Shown: piece by piece, positions 1 to 11,009 of the stretch
How the letters are laid out: each line of letters opens with the position of its first letter
Position numbering within the stretch: the first letter of the stretch is position 1
Assembly: GCA_030704615.1 (NCBI GenBank)
Contig: CM060733.1
Coordinates: 25,482,001-25,546,000 of the forward strand
Length of the DNA stretch: 64,000 bases
Reading direction: 5' to 3'
DNA from: Takakia lepidozioides
Taxonomy: Eukaryota > Plantae > Bryophyta
Program-made: the position numbers and the translations under genes
The notes under the pieces: model-generated
Told to the model about the DNA's origin: nothing
What the model saw: only the letters and a program-made list of their open reading frames with translations
The model's database searches: none

Positions 1-486
1 CGACAAGGGCCATTCTATGGCATTGATTTCATAAAATTTGAAGCCAATCTGAAAAAGCAATTTACATTTCAATAGGGCCGGAAGCCCGTTTTGGGCCGGT
101 GGGTGTTTAAGGGTTATACTAAAAACAATACTAAAACAATACTAGGGTCATAGTGTGTATTAGTAGTCAAAGCAATGTGACTCACAAATGAGCTTTTGTC
201 TTTTATGTTATGTTATATTTGAGAAGACAAAAATAACATGAGTTTTCCATGAGGAAAAACAGAAGCAATATATATATAGGAAATAACAAGCTCCAATGAA
301 CTTGTTGTTTGGATAAAGTTGATCATCTAAGGCATGCGATCCAACTTACCTCCATCTGAGAATGTCAACAACTCCATATCAGTATGTCAAATTTGCCCGA
401 AACAAGTGTTCTATTGCTGCTCTATTGAGCACCAAAAGCTGAATGGATTTTTACATTTTGGTTTGGTTGGAGTTGCCATCCCACAC

Positions 487-516
487 AACTCTATTTTAAC
501 TAATTCTGGACTTTTG
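487..516 (+). repeat. Putative left terminal repeat (AACTCTATTTTAACTAATTCTGGACTTTTG)
   Basis: 28/30 match to 7078-7107; preceded by ACAC. Confidence 0.7.
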
Positions 517-1379
517 TTTGGTCCAGAAATAATACAATATATATGAATAAGTATAATCTATAATAGAAATAAAGAGATATATCTATAATTATTTGACTAT
601 TTGTGCACTATATAACAACAAATTGTGTAATCCTCCACACATTCTACGCAAAAATACAAGTATGTATTGTGGTCTTAGATGAACATCCACTGCCAAGTTG
701 ACGTTCATTAAAAGGAATGGGGGGATGCAATGAATCAAACAATGATGAGAGCTCCGATATCCAAAATGACTTACACAAACAAACATGGAATAATGACAGA
801 ACCAAATATTAAACAATGATGGCACGTGATGAACATGACAACATGGAAAAACGAGTCTGTCGGGATCTGATTGATGATATGAAACATTCATATTTTATTT
901 GAGATTATATCATTCAAGGCGATGGACCAACAGAAAAATGAACGTCACCTGTCCATCCGTTCATGGACTTAATGCCATACAAGCCATAGATTCTGAAGCC
1001 ATAGAACCGTTACGGCTTATACTAACTCATTAATAATACTGAACCTCCTCCCAAACAGCTCACAGTCAAGGCATGTGTCCGAAGACGCCTCCGGTTACCA
1101 CAGCCACTTGCAACAGTCTCCGCTCCAGAGGACACGGAGATACTTTCAGGAAGGTGAAACCGGCTGACATTGTCATCTGAAATGTTACTGCCAACTCTAC
1201 TTGATGCCCTTGAAGCCTCCCGGCACGCCAGCCATTCTTCCCAATCACGCAGCTGTTGTTCCTCTTTTATAATTTGTTCCTTGAATGTAACTGGGGACAA
1301 GCAATGGAAATGACAAATGTTAGGCCCAAAGTGGAAATTTTGCATATGGATATGTTGAGGTAAGAGTGCAAATGCAGCT

Positions 1380-2160
1380 GCAAAAGAATTGGAAAATCAA
1401 ATTATGAACAAACAACAGAACAGTGGGATCCACGTGCCTACCAAGGTAATTAAGTTCCTTTTGTTGTGGGATCCAAATATGAGGATCAAGATATCTTCCA
1501 TACCAGGCCGAACAGGCATGGTCTCGACCAATAGGCTTATGAGAACACTTTGTCCGGTTCTCGCTAATGTAATCAATGACTGTTGAAGCTCCAGCCATCT
1601 CCGATATATATGGTCACACTGCTTTTGTCATATCATCCCGGTCATGCAATACGTTTGGTATAGGCTTGAATGAGAAAGGGAAAAATCCAGTATTTTGTGG
1701 GTTTCGCAGGCCTTTTGATGGCTCATCATCTACAAGAAGTATTTTGCCCCTGCGTAACAAATGGTCTACCAGGGTACCTGACAATAACACTTCTAATATC
1801 CTTCACAAGATATTTCATCCCGGGCCTGATATAACCGGTGGTATCCTTACAATCCTCAGCAGACCATATGAAGCAAAACTTCTTCGCTATTTTCGTGGGG
1901 ACGAAGCTCTCCAACATCCTACAAAGAACACCTCTATCAGCACATGACCAAATGGCCACGTGAAAATGCTTCAATGCAAGGTCCAGAAACTCCAAGACTC
2001 CAGGCCGAGGCACCACAAACGGTTAGTCAAGAATTTTGAAGTGTCACATTCCTGAAACGAAATTTCTCCTTAAACAGTTCACCGCCGGTTGGGGGTGGCC
2101 GGTAGCAGAGGAGTCCGTTGACACTCAAAATTAACAACATCCGTTTCCTCTTCCCCGCTG
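1380..2160 (-). pseudogene. FCP1/NIF-like HAD phosphatase domain, copy 1 (frameshifted)
   Basis: KRMLLILSVNGLLC (~2140-2105); VPRPGVLEFLDLALKHFHVAIWS (ORF 1726-2016); after a frameshift, ILLVDDEPSKGLRNPQN and a continuation into ORF 1320-1598. Confidence 0.75.
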
Positions 2161-3742
2161 TTGCATGTAAAGGATGAGAGACAAAGTTATCCTGAGCAGG
2201 TTAATCACACATGACATTAGTGTTTCTGCCATGAAAAATATATACGACCCAGAATAATTGAGTGTATGGAAGATCAACACGATTGTGCAGAAAATGGCAA
2301 AATACTGCACAATGTTGTGGGCTTGGAATATTTGAAGATGAGGGTTAATATTGCTAAGAAGAGGAACGTCGACTACCAAGTGGAGGTTCAGGAAAGTACC
2401 TTGTACGGAGGGAAATTGATGAAGGTATCGTGCTGCATCCCCCTGTTGAGAAAAGATGGAGGCAATTAGTGCATAACCAAACAAACAGGAAAGAGAAGAA
2501 AGTGGAGAAATGATATCGGAAGTCTCGCTGGCGAGCTTGACTTCCGAACGGACGTGTTTTGACGAGATCTCGGTATGTCCGAGGTATTCATCTTCTTCCT
2601 CGAATCTGTTTTGTCTCTAACTAAGGACTTTTCTCTGGTGGAACCGATTTGTAGAAGAGGTGGAAATGGTTTGGGGGCCCTATTCCGCTTCCTCGGTGCA
2701 GAACATTGCGCCAACACTGCAGGGTCGGGAAACCAAGAAGTTGCAATTGAAGTCTCGTCCTTGTCCTCGTCGAAAGGGTTGCGGAGAAGGGGAACGGAAT
2801 GGAAATTGTCCCTTGAGCACTCCACATCCTGAATGGAATTCACACATAACGAAGGAATTACCTCGGAACAAATTTCCAATGAAGACGTCGTTTGACAGGA
2901 AGGTCACAATCCGCAGATTTTCTGGCCTGGATTAATACAAGAACATCAGACCCAGTACTAAGGAAAACAAAAGGACGAGTTAGAATTCAGATATAAGTAA
3001 TTTTACCTGACTTCTTCTGATTTGGGCTGTCCAACCTTCATGCTGGGGAGAGAATGAGGGAAGAAATGCAACAGTGTGCTACGGAGCCGCAGCCTCAGCC
3101 GCTTCCTCAACGGATGACATTCTCGAGCTAGATTTCAGACCCTTGACATTTAACATGGAAGGTGAGGATTGTAGAGTGAGGTCCACGAAATCCCCTGCAC
3201 ATTTGTTAAGTTGGCTTCCATCTTCGACATTCAATCCTAAACGATCATGCGACATAACATCTTTTTCAGGAATGGACTGAAGAAGAGGGTCGTGCAATTG
3301 AAGGGAAGCCAAGTGCCTGGATGATGCTTCACCATCGATGACAGAAATCTCAACAGTAGTGTGATTGTTGTCCCTCTGTGGACGAATTTCTGATATGGAG
3401 GATTCCAATGGAGGTCCCGACAAGAAGTTGGCATCAGCAGCATCGCCATGACCTGCAGAAAAAAACGAACTTACAAGGTCAATGTACAGAAACGGGAGGT
3501 TGTCGGATTTGAAGAAGCCCCCGAGACGAGTTTCGGAGAAGGCCTGTATCTCAAAGGATCGGGATGGTATAGGGTAGAGAAATGCATGGATGAGACTAGG
3601 AAATAGCAAACAATTCCATGTCAATTCAGATTGAAAAAGAAATCACAGTACACAACAGTTTTTATAGAAAAACAATACAACCTTAAAAAAAACCAATCAA
3701 AAATAAACATTGAATCACAGACGTGGTTGATCAATAAAATCT

Positions 3743-4441
3743 TTATTTTGAAGCATCATATCGGAGATTCCCGTAATTAGAATCGTCAATATAATCCAGG
3801 AGAGGCTTAAACTTGGGATCGGTGGAAACATTCTGACAAGGCTTAAGTCTTATCCTATTTTCCCTGAGATAACTGGAAACAGTGCGAGATTTCTTCATTT
3901 CAAGCAAATATTTCTGAAGAACCTTCTGGAGATAGCAAGAGTCTGTCTCAACGGATTCAAACGATTTTAGAATCAGACAGGATTCAGGTGGGTTCAACAC
4001 ACACTTAATAACAGAATCGTCAATGAGTAGAGTGTTACTCCTATTGTACTGACCACCAAATCTTTGCCAGACCGTCATCAATGGCTTCAAGAACAGGCTC
4101 GACGGGTCGTATCCTGATATAAATTGAGGGTGGACAGAAGTAAGACATGAGATACAATCTTCCTGAGACATAACAAATTCCGGCTGAGGAAGACCCTGAA
4201 GCATAAAGTCCAGGATAGGCTGCAAGTTCTTGTACATCATGCAGCTCCATATACCTAGACGAAAAAGTTTGTTCAACTCTGTCCACATCTCACGATATTT
4301 TTCCCGCCTATAGACAAGTCGAAATCCAACAAGAGTTGGTATCCTGTAGTCTGTCTCGGACATTCGGGGGACACTGTAGCTCTTCTGGTGCTTCAAGACT
4401 TTGCACAAAACTCCATTCAGGTCAAATATTATCAAGCGCAA
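3743..4441 (-). CDS. FCP1/NIF-like HAD phosphatase domain protein, copy 2 (open frame, DLNG-type motif I)
   Basis: RLIIFDLNGVL...FRLGIWS...FLKPL..VW...NTLLIDDS..K...NP; 232 aa without stops; true start or upstream exon uncertain. Confidence 0.8.
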   Translation of the reverse strand: MRLIIFDLNGVLCKVLKHQKSYSVPRMSETDYRIPTLVGFRLVYRREKYREMWTELNKLFRLGIWSCMMYKNLQPILDFMLQGLPQPEFVMSQEDCISCLTSVHPQFISGYDPSSLFLKPLMTVWQRFGGQYNRSNTLLIDDSVIKCVLNPPESCLILKSFESVETDSCYLQKVLQKYLLEMKKSRTVSSYLRENRIRLKPCQNVSTDPKFKPLLDYIDDSNYGNLRYDASK

Positions 4442-4650
4442 TCATTTCCCAACTGGAGAAACTGGTGCTGCAATCTGTGAGAAATCCATACAGCCACTCA
4501 GGTGGTAATCAAGATAAACCAAGGACAGGATTGACATTTGGAGCAATGTCCACTGGACAGTCGAAGTTCAGGAAAATCTAGAGCAGCCATCTACATTTCA
4601 ATCTGTTCCAAGGAAGCATCAGGAAATTTTTGTTTTCTAAGATAAACCTG

Positions 4651-5295
4651 TCACTGCAAATCCCATAGCAAGAGGCATTTGACCTTTGGGTCATTATACG
4701 GTGGACATCCTATGGGTTTTTCCACGTTGAATATATCAGCGTCTTTTCCGGATAACCGCATCTCTTCCAGGTGCGATTTGAGTTCATCCAGAAGAAACTT
4801 GTCCTTGTATGGGTCGACGAGCGCTTTATATTTTGGAAGGAAGATACCGATCGGCTTTGGGTTCAAGTACGACTTATACATATTTTCTACTGTGTTGATA
4901 AGAAGTGTGTTTGATTTGTACGCTACAGGGTCGTCTACAATGAAAAGGTCGTAGAGACGTTTAAGATATATTGGCGCTTTCGGATATTTGGGCCATTCGG
5001 CACTGAACGTCTGTCTATGCTTCACGCAGTTCTCATTGCTGAATTCCTTGACCTTGTAAAACCTTCTTCCAAACAAAGCCAGCCCTATATCCAGGACATT
5101 TTCTAACGGTCCAGTGTTCCAAAAGTAGACCTTAAAATGCTTAATGACCCATTTTAGGAAGTCGTCCAACCCATTTCGGACTGCAAACTTGAATTTTCCA
5201 GCGCACACACAAGGATGGGTTGCGGGAGGGGATCTCGGGCCATCTCGGAGGTAAACCTCACCAAGGTAACCGACGTCAAGAACCAGGATGTAGTA
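4651..5295 (-). CDS. Divergent FCP1/NIF-like HAD domain, copy 3
   Basis: Frame open from ~5295: YILVLDVGYL...VRNGLDDFLKWVIKHFKVYFWN...YLKRLYDL...NTLLINT...KSYLNP; catalytic Asp motifs degenerate. Confidence 0.7.
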   Translation of the reverse strand, partial: YYILVLDVGYLGEVYLRDGPRSPPATHPCVCAGKFKFAVRNGLDDFLKWVIKHFKVYFWNTGPLENVLDIGLALFGRRFYKVKEFSNENCVKHRQTFSAEWPKYPKAPIYLKRLYDLFIVDDPVAYKSNTLLINTVENMYKSYLNPKPIGIFLPKYKALVDPYKDKFLLDELKSHLEEMRLSGKDADIFNVEKPIGCPPYNDPKVKCLLLWDLQ

Positions 5296-5463
5296 TCATG
5301 GTCGACATCCTTTCGGTCCCTCAGAGAGGTGATACCAATCCTGTAGGTTTACAGATTCGTGATAGTCGATTGGAGGGTGAATCATATCATCCTGTGGAAT
5401 AACAAAACAATTAATTTATTTTGAAAACTAGAAGAAGGAAAAAGAAGAACATGGCTAAGATGG

Positions 5464-6966
5464 TTATGAGGTGTATACCCGTTTCGGGGAGGGATTTCGA
5501 ATTTGCTGCTGTTGCTGCTCGCTGTCTTTTCCTTCGCGGTGAGCAACAACCATCTCCGACACATCTCCCCCATCTCGCAACGTCGACTGGGCAGTGGAGG
5601 TTGTTTGTATGACCGGATCAGTTGGGCTGGCCCTTATTGTTAAGTCCACCTGCCTCCTCACTGTTTGAGTCGCGATGGATTCTATCCGGGTTTGTGTGAT
5701 TTCCTCCAATTTCCGTTCATGGATCTATACGAGATTTCTTACCGTCAGTCACGTCTGCATTGTCACCATCGTGGCCCTCGTTATCCCTGTTACCATCGAT
5801 GCCCTCGTCCTCCTCTCCGTGTTCGAAATGTCCGCCTCCTTCTTCCAAGTCTTCATCTTCCTCCTCCTCATCCTCATCATCGTCTCCGCCGTCAACCTCT
5901 TCAGCAACATTGTCATTCTCAATTTGAAGCTTCTTAAAATTCGCTTCAACTTTTCATTTGCAAATTTTTTTTTTGTTGAGTGTTTGATGTCAAGCACTCG
6001 AATGTTTCTTGCCTGTCGATAAACCCAGTCAGTAGAACAGAGGACGTGTTGGATCAAAAATGTAAAACTCGTATATAAAATGAAAAAAGGTTTTACACTT
6101 ACATGAAGGGCATACGTCAACATCACACCTCCGAAGATGTTGACAGCGGACATCCCGTCTCGACAAAACAGGGAGGCCAAATAGTCGTATGTGTCAGCTC
6201 GTAGCTCATGATTATAAGTCCTGCACTCTTCTTCAAAAGTTGATGGCTTCTCAGAAGGCCCTTCCAGAATCGGCTGTACTGGCTCGATTAAGAGTACGGT
6301 GGAGATGTGCTCGTCCGGAGTCTGCATCTCCTCAGGTGTCGCTGGAAAAACATAGTCCAGGCACAGTACAGTCCGAGAGAAAGTCTTCGTGCTGTTTTTG
6401 TAAATATTTTCAAATTCTCCCGGAACATAAAATCCCTGACGGACAAGATACGATGTTTTTCCGGGACCATTTTGGATGTAAGAGACCAGATTGGTCGAGG
6501 ACGGTTGCGTCGAGAAGAAAACAAAAGCACTCGTGTTCATTTTCTGAGCCACAGAGACCTCCAGTATGTTCACATAATCCTTGGACTCAAATACGACAGA
6601 GTCGTCTTCAGAAACTGTATTGACGAACACCATCGCTATGTTGTCAAACGGTTTCTTCGGTGCGAGTCGCAGACGGGACTTGGCATCGGCGAATTTTGTT
6701 ACTCCACCCATGATAGCGTAATGAGTCTTGAAACTCGTTGAAATAATCCCCATGGCATCCTCTCTATCCTCATAAGCTTTCTTGATGGAGGAGACGTACT
6801 TAACAAAAGCGGCCGTGAGTGGTTTTGTCTCCATGTTCATCTTGATCTTGCTTTGGATGTAATCCGTCCCCAATTTGTCTTTAAATGTTGAGAACTCTAC
6901 CTTATTGAAGTGGTACTTTCTCTTCATTTCACGCCACTCGTCCTTAGTGTGCATATGCACAAACGA
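5464..6966 (-). pseudogene. C-terminal half of a cargo gene: degenerate beta-class N6/N4 DNA methyltransferase-like fold plus acidic low-complexity tail
   Basis: ELRADTYDYLASLFCRDGMSAVNIFGG..LTYALH, intron (GTAAGT at ~6102, AG at ~6013), then ARNIRVLDIK. This resembles the KP..L...LI..FS..GD.VLDPF.GSG...A...R..IG.E end of beta-class MTases. No DPPY. Frameshift at the poly-T tract (~5966-5974) into an acidic tail. Confidence 0.45.
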
Positions 6967-7077
6967 CTAACTGCAAAGCTCTGGGTCCTATAAAATTTTC
7001 CCAATGAAGAGGGGAAAATATTGAGGTCATAGAACCATGTTTATTATGCCTACCTTGGTGTACACATCTGCAGGTGT

Positions 7078-7107
7078 AACCCTATTTTAACTAATTTTGG
7101 ACTTTTG
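7078..7107 (+). repeat. Putative right terminal repeat, now in direct orientation (AACCCTATTTTAACTAATTTTGGACTTTTG)
   Basis: 28/30 match to 487-516; preceded by GTGT; lies beyond the transposase 3' end and the subterminal repeats. Confidence 0.7.
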
Positions 7108-7559
7108 GCTTAAATCCGGACCAAACTTAATATGTATTTGAATTAAAATTAATTCAAATGTTAATAATATCTTGGATAGTAATCTGTGATTGAACTTTGT
7201 GAGATTACAAGTGATGTCATACTTGCTTCAAAATGTAACATATAAGATGTCCATTTGACATTGAAGTGTTTGTGAAGTTGCAGTGTAACTGAACAAGTCA
7301 TTGAACGTCAACTGGGAAGTCGAATGATGTAATATTACATTATGTTACAATCACAATAAATAAATTTGTCGAATCGAACATGGGATAGACTCATAGTACT
7401 CTACCATACTTGATATAAGTTGATAGTAATTTTGATTGAATCTTCATGTTGACAAGCACGATATTCATAGACAATGTCATTGGAATGATGTTTTGGGTGA
7501 GAGAAGGGCAGTAAAATATTAAAATAGCTTGAAACATTAGGAAGATGACCTACTAGGGC

Positions 7560-8560
7560 AGTAAAATAAGGTTTGGGGTGTAACTAGATATATTAGGTGC
7601 AATAAGGTCCAAGTTTCTGGTGACTCGGAGAAGGGTTTAGGGTTTTAAAAGGTTTAGGATAGAAAGAGAGAAACAAATATGGACGACTCTAAACCTCTGT
7701 AGAATGTAAAAATGTAAGGGGAATTTGATATCCATGTAATCATTCTATCATACGTTATCCAACTTGAAAATTAAAGAAAACATTAAGAGAATGATACAAA
7801 TTTTACAAGAGATAACATGGTAGTACAATAAGGTTTGGAGTTATATAAGTAGGGTACTACACTAAGTTTTTGGTATATGGTAAAAATAATGGTTTAGGGT
7901 GATAAGGGTCACGCTTAAGCTGGGGGTAAGGATTATTAAGGGAAGGGTAAAGGGAAGGGTAAGGATTTAGGGTTTGGATTTAGGGTAGAAATGGACAAAC
8001 AAATATGGAAGACTCACACATGGTAGTACAATAACTTGGTTTGGAGTGTAAGTAGGCTAGTACACTAATCTGGTTTTTGGTATATGGTAAGAGTACTAAT
8101 GGTTTATGGTAGTAAGTGTCAGGCCTAAGCTTAGGGTAAGGATTAAGGCCAGGGTAAAGGAATGGGTAAGGATTTAGGGTTTGGATTTAGGGTTTGGATT
8201 TAGGGTAGTTCAAAGGGACAAACAAATATAGAAGACTCACACATGGTAGTACAATAACTTGGTTTGGAGTGTAAGTAAGGTAGTACACTAACCTGGTTTT
8301 TGGTATATGGTAAGAGTAATGGTTTAAGGTAGTAAGTATCACACTTAATCTTAGGGTAAGGATTAAGGCCAGGGTAAGGGTTTAGGATTTGGATTTATGG
8401 GAGTACACAAAGGTTTTTGGTATATGGTAAGAGTAATGGTTTAGGGTACTAAGTGTCCGGATTAAGCCTATGGAAGGGTTAAGGGAAGGGTAAAACGAAG
8501 GGTAAGGATTTAGAGGTGATGGTAAAGGTATAAATGGACAAACAAATATGAAAGACTCGC
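7560..8560 (+). repeat. Subterminal tandem array of ~200-220 bp units rich in TTTAGGG-like motifs
   Basis: ACATGGTAGTACAATAA unit starts at ~7815, ~8018 and ~8241, plus partial units; GATTTAGGGTTTGGATTTAGGG runs (e.g. 8171-8205). Confidence 0.85.
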
Positions 8561-8949
8561 ACTCACTAGAACGAGACATTGCAAAAAAACATTTAGACCG
8601 GATTGGAAAAGAAAGAATCCAGGGTTGTGCCAGCATTTTTTTTTTGGGGGTGCATTGTCTGTTTTGTAAGCCAGAATGCCCCATGTTAGCAGTGTAGAGT
8701 CCAACACGGCAGAAAGAAAATAGATGAACGTCCACTGCCCACTCGAGGTTCAGTGCGACAGAAAAAAAAGACATGAAGGATCACCCAACGCAAACACGAA
8801 GGGAAAGAAGCGTAAAGAAATTTTTATATCTCAAAATGAAAGACCGGAAATAACCTCAACATTTAGTCCATGGATGGAAAATGGTTCGCAAGAAGGAAAC
8901 CTTCAGGTATTTGGCTGAAGGTTAGCAACCTCCAAATTCGTGCGTGCCT

Positions 8950-10815
8950 TTACTACTTCCACCGTTGTAATTCTCTTGGTGCTATTTCTTGTCGTATTTT
9001 TTCGTGGCAGCATTGTCCACACGACATTGTTCACGTGGATCCATTGAGCAGGATCTGACGGGTTGTATTCCCAAACTTTTGACCAACAGTCCCTGTACCT
9101 CTCAAAGTCTGAGGGATTACCTCCTTACTTCGGTCTCCACCACTCCACCTTCACTTTCTTAAAATTAGGATCTTCCCTTTCTCGGATGACATCTGAAATT
9201 GCCATTCCCATCCAGACCGGGCACGTTGTTGTGTCATGAAGGCGAACGAGCACAAAAAACCCTTGTTCAATATCCTTGAACGGATTCAAGGGTATCCTTG
9301 GACGCTCACATCTAGGGCCACAGTAAGGTTCTGGAACTTCATCCTCATCTTTCATATCTTCCAGTATCTGTGGCTGGATGCCATCCCTCCGATGGTTTGA
9401 GGACCAATTTGTTTTCGGCCAAAATCCCTCAAGAAGCTGAATACGATCCGGAATGTCCTGTATTGGCTTATCAAGTTCGGCGAGAATATTTCCCCAGTAT
9501 TGGTCATATTGTTCCATCACACCCCGGTAATGATCGTCAAGCAACATTTCTTTGGTCCAAAAATCTTTGTATTTCTTAATACCATTTTTTATGAATGACT
9601 GTTTTTCTGAGGAGTCGTCCCCGACTCCCCATATCGGTCTTCTTGGAACGACATCTGGGTCTCCTTCAGGGAGATTTTGAGTCCCATCAGGATTAGACTT
9701 CCACATCTTAACGCTGGAGTTTGTAGGAAGCCACTCCGAATCAGTAGCTGATTTCTTGTACTTCATAATGGGCCAGCCATCCGCATCCTTAAAAAATCGA
9801 AAGACGTGTATCTCTGAGATCCCGACCAAAGCCTCATTCCCATCATGAATACAACCCTTAACAAACTTCTTGAAGTCGGGAACCTCCTGTATGATTTGAG
9901 GAATGAATTGCATATCTTGGGAGATCATGAATGACCTCATCAAATCCGGAAGAATGTAGGTGTTGCGTTCCTTTAGCTTCTTCGAGAGATAGCTAAAGAA
10001 TCCGTCAATATCCTCATGGGTGTGTCCGACCATGAGAAAACCAAGCTGGATCTCTTCAAAGACATCTTTGGCAGTGAGGAGGGATATGAAAGCAAACATC
10101 CATCTGTTCTTATTGTCCTTGGAGGAGTTGTCCATCTGCAAATAAAGTCGTCTAGGAAGTGGTCGAGCACCACGTTTATCATGCGGCCTGCAGGGTTTCA
10201 GAGCCTCCAAACATCTCGATTTACCTCTCATGAGCGTTTCAAAAAAATCATTTTGAACTTCAGTGTCGGAAATGTTCCTGGATTCCCGGCATGTCGGCTT
10301 TTCCAGTTGGCGCAGGCACCGAGCCAGTGACCCAATTGTGAAGTTTGAATTGCATTTCCGAACTCAAGGGAAAATTGAGCGTAAGCTCCATCTCCGTGTC
10401 CGTGCGTAACCATTCATGTCAATGAGACAGGCAAATGACCCAATCCCGAGACCATCTTGTTCGTCGTCTGTAGCCTCGGAATAGCCGTTTTCCTATGATC
10501 CATCTTATCATGAATAATACATAGGAACTCCTCCGGAACCATAACGGACTCATTCTTCCAGCTATGGTACAGCCTTCTGCATGACTCTTGATGCCTCAAG
10601 TGCAAATCAAGCGTCCGCTTGTTTGCGACATGTTCGGAACTCCTCTGAATCGACTTCTTGATCAAGTCCTTGAACATCTCGCATTCTGTGCACTTAGCAA
10701 ATGTGCTTCATGTTTTCCAAATCTCCACGTTAGGAAATATTCGATTCCGTATACGGCTTATAGCTGGCTGTGAGATTCCTTTCAAACCGAGCAGTCTGTT
10801 TGTCTGCACCCCAAC
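8950..10815 (-). pseudogene. DDE transposase (DUF7869-type, Sola-like), 5'-truncated with stops and frameshifts
   Basis: FAKCTEC (CxxC), IIHDKMD, GHGDG, LYLQMDNSSKDNKN, FLMVGHTHEDIDGFFS in ORFs 10414-10677, 10228-10413 and 9125-10231. Confidence 0.85.
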
Positions 10816-11009
10816 TCCCCAACAATGTCAACGTCCACTGGGCAGTGGAGGTTCTACAAAGTGGAAGAACAAGAAAGCATGATGGCATTAAAAAGAATAA
10901 AATCATCCACAGTATTTTGAAAAACGAAAGGGGACAACGAATAAAAGTCACCTCGTTAGACTTCTCTCGAATTCTCTTCCACTTCATTTCGGGTATCTTT
11001 TCATTACAG

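Noticed and set aside
60-145. Possible piggyBac-like end (...AAGGGTTATA) and a short ATACTAAAAACA duplication
   Set aside because: No partner terminus in the window and no TTAA; cannot be supported
2466-3624. Ser/acidic-rich frames between NIF copies
   Set aside because: Probably exons of cargo genes, but no recognisable domain, so not annotated separately
5749-6100. C-terminal Met/Arg-rich part of the 403-aa ORF
   Set aside because: Read-through of an intron plus an off-frame translation of an acidic tail after a poly-T slip
7900-8520. Interstitial telomere or chromosome-fusion scar
   Set aside because: TTTAGGG motifs are not a pure tandem array and sit in higher-order units inside a transposon
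682-10853. CRISPR-like reading of the 24-bp palindromic repeats
   Set aside because: Spacing is 1-2 kb and irregular, the context is eukaryotic and there are no cas genes
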